Shown in pieces: positions 58,486-64,000 of a stretch of 64,000 bases of DNA (positions within the stretch are counted from its first letter, which is position 1; the number at the start of each line of letters is the position of its first letter). Below the pieces are notes generated by a model, which worked only from the letters and a program-made list of their open reading frames with translations, made no database searches and was not told where the DNA came from. The stretch covers positions 96,001-160,000 of the forward strand of contig JANRKS010000009.1 of assembly GCA_033763315.1 (NCBI GenBank), in the 5' to 3' direction. The position numbers were made by a program, and so were the translations under genes. Source of the stretch: Deltaproteobacteria bacterium (GTDB lineage Bacteria; Myxococcota_A; Polyangia; Fen-1088).

Positions 58486-59052
58486 ATGCAAAACAAGACC
58501 ATTCGTTCACAGTCAGCCGACTCATCGCCTTCTGGCAAAACGCCGTCCCCCGTTGATCTGTTCGACGACCAGGACGAAGACGAGCCCGAAGATCGTTCGC
58601 TCGCCGCGTTCGAATCATTGTTGGCCGCCCAGCAACGTATGAAGGGCATCGTTGAATGCGCGGGCGCTTTGAACCGCCTGCTCGCCGAGGCGGCCGATGG
58701 TTCATCGATGCCGCTCAACTTGCCCCCTTTGCCGCCTGCGTTCTTGGCGGCCGCCGCGGCCGTGCGCGCACAGGAAGAGCGCGCCATGAACCTCAAGACG
58801 ATGTCGCACTTGTCAGCCGGATCGTCGTCTGACCCGCAAGAGATCCCGTCCGCTGGTTATGGCCGCTTGGAAGCGCTGATTCGCATGCGCGGCTTTATCA
58901 CGAACAGTGACATGCGCGAGGCGTTCAACATGTCGCCGATCCAAGCCACGATGCGCTTGAAAGATCTGGTGGCGCAACGGGTGCTGGTGCAACGTGGCCA
59001 GCGTCGGGGCGCGCGCTATTCAACGGGACCACGCTGGCCACCAAAGACGTAA
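58486..59052 (+). CDS. Hypothetical protein with C-terminal winged-helix domain
   Basis: ITNSDMRE.F.MS...A..RL..LV....L...G.RRGARY resembles a wHTH; start uncertain. Confidence 0.6.
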   Translation: MQNKTIRSQSADSSPSGKTPSPVDLFDDQDEDEPEDRSLAAFESLLAAQQRMKGIVECAGALNRLLAEAADGSSMPLNLPPLPPAFLAAAAAVRAQEERAMNLKTMSHLSAGSSSDPQEIPSAGYGRLEALIRMRGFITNSDMREAFNMSPIQATMRLKDLVAQRVLVQRGQRRGARYSTGPRWPPKT

Positions 59053-59057
59053 CAGCG

Positions 59058-60176
59058 TTAGATTCCAGCTTGCGTGGTGGGCGCTGACAGGGCGCCAAGC
59101 GCATGGCGCGTGGCCGCCAACGTCAGATCCACCAAAGCTTCCCGGCGGCGGTTGGCGTGCACGTCTAAGTTTTCGTGCGCCGCGATGATCTGCAGCTGCC
59201 TGAGCAAACGGCGCACGGTTCGCCGAATTGTGGGCGTCGCGCGGTTGAGGCGCTGCACCTTCACCAACCATTGCACAAGGCGGCGTTCGAGCAGCTCGTG
59301 ATGTTGGCCGATAAAGCGTGCGGCAGGCACGGCTTTGGCGCTGCTGCGTTCGGCCGTGCGCGTGCGTGTGGCGCGGAAGATCTCATGCAGATCTTTGCGG
59401 TAGTCGGCCAGCACCGGATCCACGGCGTCGCGCAGCTTCAAATACTCGGCAACGGTCTCTTTAAGATCGGTGTAAGGCACGCGCAACGCTTCGCGCGTGT
59501 TGGGGGGCTTGCCTGAGGCGGCTTGCTCCTCGCCCAGCAGCGTGTCGACGAATTCGAGCTTCTTGCGCGCGCCCGGCCAACTTTTGTATTTGCGCCGCCA
59601 CCGCGACGTGGGATCCAACCACGTGGCGAACGTCTCGGCCCAGTCCTCGTCGGGATGCTTCTGCGCGTAGTGATACATCCCGGTCTCGTGCAAATACCGC
59701 ACGTGTTCGCGGCTCCAAGGGTTGGGATCATAGGCGTCTTCGTAAGGCAGATCGAAGTTGCCAAACACACGCCGCATGTCTTTGCGCTTCCACAACCCGA
59801 AGGCGTATCCAACGGCGTGGCCCACCTCGTGGCGCAGGTACATCATCACTTCGCGGCGCGTGTATGCACACAAACGCGTGTTAACCAGCTTCCACAACGC
59901 GGGCGTCGCCAGGTACCAAGGGATGTTGATGCTGATGCCGCCAATGGCGGTCCAAAAGTCGTCTTCACCTAAATAAAACAGCGGCACGAAGCCGATGTCG
60001 TGTTCGAGCAGTTCGTCGCGCAGCTGATCCAAGCATTGCGCCAGGGCCCCTTCCGGCTTGAGCGCCAGATCGCAGATACGCGTGCTGAGCAGGCGCTGCT
60101 TGTCCAGCGTGCGCGCCAACGAAGAAGGCACGGTGCCTTGAACGATGCGTCGCGGCTTGGAGGCCAAAACAGGCAT
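59058..60176 (-). CDS. Putative zinc-binding metallopeptidase
   Basis: LRHEVGHA (HExxH), YAQKHPDEDWAETFA.WL, KL.FV. Confidence 0.82.
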   Translation of the reverse strand: MPVLASKPRRIVQGTVPSSLARTLDKQRLLSTRICDLALKPEGALAQCLDQLRDELLEHDIGFVPLFYLGEDDFWTAIGGISINIPWYLATPALWKLVNTRLCAYTRREVMMYLRHEVGHAVGYAFGLWKRKDMRRVFGNFDLPYEDAYDPNPWSREHVRYLHETGMYHYAQKHPDEDWAETFATWLDPTSRWRRKYKSWPGARKKLEFVDTLLGEEQAASGKPPNTREALRVPYTDLKETVAEYLKLRDAVDPVLADYRKDLHEIFRATRTRTAERSSAKAVPAARFIGQHHELLERRLVQWLVKVQRLNRATPTIRRTVRRLLRQLQIIAAHENLDVHANRRREALVDLTLAATRHALGALSAPTTQAGI

Positions 60177-60297
60177 GAAGCGGCCTTTTTACCACACACG
60201 CCCGCGAGGGGCTTGAGCGCTTTCGGCGCGCGGCAGATATAGCCTGGCGCTTGGGTGTCCTCGCACGCGGTTGTGCGTTACCTTAGGGACCTCGCTT

Positions 60298-60858
60298 ATG
60301 TCTTCACCCTCAGCGAAATGGTCTCGCGCCACTTTGGTCTTGGTTTTGTACCTGGGCCTGGGGGCCGCTGGTTTCGCGTGGGCACGGCTGCGCGGGCAGC
60401 CAAACGTGTGGCGCTATTCGGGGCAAGCGGAGCCGCAGGTGGCTTTGGGACTTCTGATGGGCCTGTTTCTGGGTCTGGGATTCGTGTTTGTGTCGCGCCT
60501 CACCGTGCATCGATTCGAGTGGGCGCGGGCCCTGCATCGCGATTTTCGCGCCCGGCTTTACCCCATGGCCACCTACGAACTCCTGGTGCTGGCGGGCGCT
60601 TCGTCACTGGGCGAAGAGGTGTTCTTTCGCGGATCGCTGTTGCCTGTGGTGGGCGTTTGGGGATCAAGCTTGCTGTTCGCGCTGTTGCATATTGGGCCTC
60701 GCGTGCGGTACCTGCCGTGGACGCTCTCGTCGCTTTTGGCCGGCCTGGTGTTTGGACAGCTGTTTGTGTGGTCAGGCGATCTGTCGGGGCCGGTGCTGGC
60801 GCACTTCACGGTGAACTACCTGAACCTCGGGCACCTGCGCGATCACGACCTGAGGTGA
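60298..60858 (+). CDS. CPBP (CAAX/Abi) family intramembrane protease
   Basis: GEEVFFRG, FALLH, HFTVN motifs within TM helices. Confidence 0.88.
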   Translation: MSSPSAKWSRATLVLVLYLGLGAAGFAWARLRGQPNVWRYSGQAEPQVALGLLMGLFLGLGFVFVSRLTVHRFEWARALHRDFRARLYPMATYELLVLAGASSLGEEVFFRGSLLPVVGVWGSSLLFALLHIGPRVRYLPWTLSSLLAGLVFGQLFVWSGDLSGPVLAHFTVNYLNLGHLRDHDLR

Positions 60859-60931
60859 ATCGCGCGTCACGTTTTTGACAGGGGCGCCCTTGATCGCCAG
60901 CGGCACTGCTCTTGCTGCACGTGTCAACGCC

Positions 60932-63370
60932 ATGACGGAGGCCACGCCGCCCCTCGTTTCAATCATCATACCCGTGTTCAACCTGTGGGATTACACCTTC
61001 CGTTGTCTGCAGTCCGTGCAGCGGCACACGAGCCACATCCCGCATGAGGTCATCGTGGTGGATGACGCCTCCACCGACGAGTCTCGCGAAGCCTTGCCGA
61101 TGCTGCAGGGGATCACGCTTATCCGCAACACGCACAACGAAGGCTTCGCCCACAACAACAATAAGGCCGCGGCGGTGGCACGGGGCAAGTACATCCTGTT
61201 CTTGAACAACGACACAGAAGTTCACGCGGGCTGGCTGGACGCCCTGTGCAAAGAGATCGAAGGGAAAAGCGACGTTGGCATGGTGGGCAGCAAATTGCTG
61301 TTTCCCGATGGCACGATTCAGCACGCAGGTGTGGGGTTCTCCTATGGCGCGTTCACGCCGATCTCGCCTTTTCACATGCACTACAAGAAGCCCGCCACAG
61401 CCAGCACCAGTGTGCTTGAGCTCAACGCTGTGACGGCCGCGTGTGCCTTGATGCCCAAGCATTTGTTCTTGCGCTTGGGCGGCTTTGATGAGGGCTTCCG
61501 CATGGGCTACGAAGATGTGGACCTGTGCCTGCGCGTGCGCAGCGCCGGCTACCGCATCATCTACACGCCGGCGTCCGTGGTCACGCATTTCGAGTCGCTG
61601 AGCGCGGGCCGCTTCGTGGCCTCCCGACGCAACACAGAACTTCTGCACACCAAGTGGTTGGGGCGCATGAACGCGTTTGAAAGCGACTACCGCACCATCA
61701 GCCGCCCGGTTGTTGCCGACGCCACTCGACCGGGCTGCAGCGTGGTGGTGGCCGTGCACGATCAGATCTCGACGGTGGCGCCCTGTCTTGAAAGCGTGTG
61801 GCACACGCTTGGCCCCCAAGATGAACTCATTGTGGTGGACGATGGCTCTTCCGCCGCCACAGCCAAGTACCTTGCGCTGTTCGTGCACACGCACGCCGCG
61901 CGCGCGGTGCTGATCCGACTTGACGGTTGGCATGGCTTGTCGGCCGCATGGCAAGTGGGTGTGGCCCGCGCCAACCGTGCTTACGTGGCCTTGCTTGTCT
62001 GCAATCTCCGCATTCTCGAGGGCTCCTTCGATCGCCTCGTGAGGCACCTTGAAGGCAACCCCAGCGTCGGCGCTTTGTGCGCCGTCGAAGCCGACGCCGA
62101 CGGTCTGCCCACGCAGCGGTTGTTGGCGCCGTTTCCCGCATCCGAAGGCGGTTTGACGTTGCCCGCGGCGCTCTCCGTTGGCGACGTGGTGGCCACTGAC
62201 TTGCTTGCAAGCGGTCTTGTGGCCGGCGAACGCGGTCGCTTGGGCGCGTTGCTCTCGGCTTGCCCCGGTGGCGTCCCGGGCGGCCACCCCGCCGCTTGGT
62301 CGCGAGTGTTGCAAGCGCAGGGCAAGACTTTGGCGGTTGCCCCCGATGTGACCGCGTATCCACTCAACCAGATCTTTCCTTCAAGCGGCATGGCAGCACG
62401 GCAAGCGTATCTGCGAAACTTGTCGACAGCGCTTGATGCAGCGTCACGCCCGCAAGCCCACGCTGCGCTGGCTTCCGTCGTTGTGGTTGTGCGCGATTGC
62501 GCCGACGGCCTTGCGGCCAGCTTGCAAGCGTTGTGTGCGAAGACGCCGGGTGGTTGGGAGTTGATTGTCGTTGACGATGGTTCAATCCAAAGTGTGGCCG
62601 CGGTGGTGCAAACCATGGTGGCAAGTGCCACGATTTCGCCGCCGACATCGGCGCGCTTGGTGCGCCACCAAACCCCGCAGGGCTGGGCTGCCGCCGTCAA
62701 TGCGGGCTTGGCGCTTTGCGAGGGACGCGTGGTGGCTGTGTTGAACGCTGACGTGTTGGTGACGCCTCAATGGCTTTTGCGGATGACCGCCTTGTTGGAT
62801 GTCAACGGGCACATTGGCCTCGTGGCGCCGGCCGCCAACGTGGGACCGCGGCCGCAGTGTTGCGAAGAGCCCAACTTCACGACGCCTGCCATGTCACTCG
62901 ATGATTTTGCCGCGCAACGCGCGCCCGAATTCGTGGGCGCGTTCGGCGGCATGCCGCGCGTGGCAGGCTTTTGCCTGGCGATCAAACGTGAGGTCATTCA
63001 ACTGATCGGCGGCTTCGATCCTCGCTACGGCGACACCAACGCCGATGTCGAGGACTTCTGCGTGAGGGTCAGCCGCGCCGGGTATCTCATCGCGCTTGCG
63101 AGCGACGTTTACGTCGAACACCTTGGCAAACAACCAGCCCGCTGGTTGGATCTGCACCCGCGCCGTGCGCCCTCCGAAGGATGGTTGCGTTTTTGCGAGC
63201 GTTGGCATCATCCCGTGCACGCGTCCGACACTGACGGATTGGGGATGGTGTTGTGTGCCGAACCGCCCTTTGATCGCGCCACGCAATACGTGCCGCTGAC
63301 GTCGGGTGCGGTTATCGAAACAGCCCCACCACTTTCCACGCCCCCATTTGTGGCAACAGCGGCGCGATGA
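60932..63370 (+). CDS. Multi-domain GT2 glycosyltransferase
   Basis: Three GT2-like repeats (VSIIIPVFN/VVDDAS/LNND; VVDDGS; VVDDGS/LNAD), GGFD..F..GYEDVD.C. Confidence 0.88.
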   Translation: MTEATPPLVSIIIPVFNLWDYTFRCLQSVQRHTSHIPHEVIVVDDASTDESREALPMLQGITLIRNTHNEGFAHNNNKAAAVARGKYILFLNNDTEVHAGWLDALCKEIEGKSDVGMVGSKLLFPDGTIQHAGVGFSYGAFTPISPFHMHYKKPATASTSVLELNAVTAACALMPKHLFLRLGGFDEGFRMGYEDVDLCLRVRSAGYRIIYTPASVVTHFESLSAGRFVASRRNTELLHTKWLGRMNAFESDYRTISRPVVADATRPGCSVVVAVHDQISTVAPCLESVWHTLGPQDELIVVDDGSSAATAKYLALFVHTHAARAVLIRLDGWHGLSAAWQVGVARANRAYVALLVCNLRILEGSFDRLVRHLEGNPSVGALCAVEADADGLPTQRLLAPFPASEGGLTLPAALSVGDVVATDLLASGLVAGERGRLGALLSACPGGVPGGHPAAWSRVLQAQGKTLAVAPDVTAYPLNQIFPSSGMAARQAYLRNLSTALDAASRPQAHAALASVVVVVRDCADGLAASLQALCAKTPGGWELIVVDDGSIQSVAAVVQTMVASATISPPTSARLVRHQTPQGWAAAVNAGLALCEGRVVAVLNADVLVTPQWLLRMTALLDVNGHIGLVAPAANVGPRPQCCEEPNFTTPAMSLDDFAAQRAPEFVGAFGGMPRVAGFCLAIKREVIQLIGGFDPRYGDTNADVEDFCVRVSRAGYLIALASDVYVEHLGKQPARWLDLHPRRAPSEGWLRFCERWHHPVHASDTDGLGMVLCAEPPFDRATQYVPLTSGAVIETAPPLSTPPFVATAAR

Positions 63371-64000
63371 TTGTTTCGCCGCCAATGAGTGCGATCGCAT
63401 AAAGCGCCTTCGGGTTGGTCGAAAACGCCGCCGGTGGCTTCAAGCCAGCGTTGCGCAGGCCGCCGCTTGTATAGACATTAAGGCTGCGCAGCTTGTGCGG
63501 GTTCGGCAGTTCATCCAATAGCCCTTGCAATTGCCCCTGCAGCACGCCCGCCGAAGGTGCTGTGCTGCCCGCGCTTGAATGAAATGGAAAACCCGCCCAT
63601 TTCACCATTTGCCCCGCATCGCCGCGCGCGAGCCCCAAGAAGAATCCCTCTGCTGCATGCCGTGCCAGGGGGTCGTCTGGGCGCGAAAGCTCGGGTTGGG
63701 CTTGGGGGGGCGTCTCCATCGACTCTTCGCTGGCGTGGCCTGTGGGAACTTGGGTGCGCGACAATTGCTTGGGTGCGGGCAACGCGCGCCCCGGCACCTT
63801 CGGCGCGGCAGGCATCGAGAAAGCGTTGCTGCTTTGATCCGTCGATTCACCTGGGTTGTTCAAGATAAACGGATCGGCGCCAAAGGTGGCGCATTGCCGT
63901 TCATCACGATGAAACGCCCAGTGCAGGTAAATCTTGCCGTTGGCCGAACGAATCTCGCGTGGCGGCTCAGGGTAGGGGCCGGCGCTGTGAATCACATCCA
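63312..64000 (-). CDS. Probable TonB C-terminal-domain protein (5'-truncated by window edge)
   Basis: DVIHSAGPYPEPP.EIRS.NGKIYLHW.FHRDERQC resembles the end of myxobacterial TonB-C domains; frame open to the window end. Confidence 0.55.
   Translation of the reverse strand, partial: DVIHSAGPYPEPPREIRSANGKIYLHWAFHRDERQCATFGADPFILNNPGESTDQSSNAFSMPAAPKVPGRALPAPKQLSRTQVPTGHASEESMETPPQAQPELSRPDDPLARHAAEGFFLGLARGDAGQMVKWAGFPFHSSAGSTAPSAGVLQGQLQGLLDELPNPHKLRSLNVYTSGGLRNAGLKPPAAFSTNPKALYAIALIGGETIIAPLLPQMGAWKVVGLFR

Noticed and set aside
60959-62314. 451-aa - strand ORF
   Set aside because: Antisense shadow of the glycosyltransferase

Overview
GC-rich, gene-dense chromosomal segment, most likely from a Myxococcota bacterium (inferred from the pilMNOPQ-roadblock-accBC-TPR gene order, a MYXO-CTERM-like tail, giant TPR proteins and DUF1592/DUF1552 pairs). 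In order it carries: phoH-HD-GYP-ybeY; a first DUF1592/DUF1552 pair; a tightly coupled lipase-glpK-PP2C-ArsA-like ATPase operon; a sigma54 response regulator followed by pilMNOPQ (PilQ has a ~590-aa coiled-coil insert), aroK, a Cys-rich lipoprotein, an MglC-like roadblock protein, aroQ, accBC, an SgmX-like TPR protein and hemF; a ~2660-aa TPR gene broken by one frameshift; several surface lipoproteins; tRNA-Leu(GAG); a lipoprotein, propeller sensor kinase, response regulator and second DUF1592/DUF1552 pair; an NhaR-like regulator, purKE, a GH78 rhamnosidase, zwf and assorted membrane and envelope genes. I saw no CRISPR array, IS, integrase, prophage or rRNA. The best candidates for undescribed biology are the giant coiled-coil PilQ, the glycerolipid/ArsA operon and the two-component-linked DUF1592/DUF1552 module. 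All family assignments come from motif recognition by eye; no searches were run.
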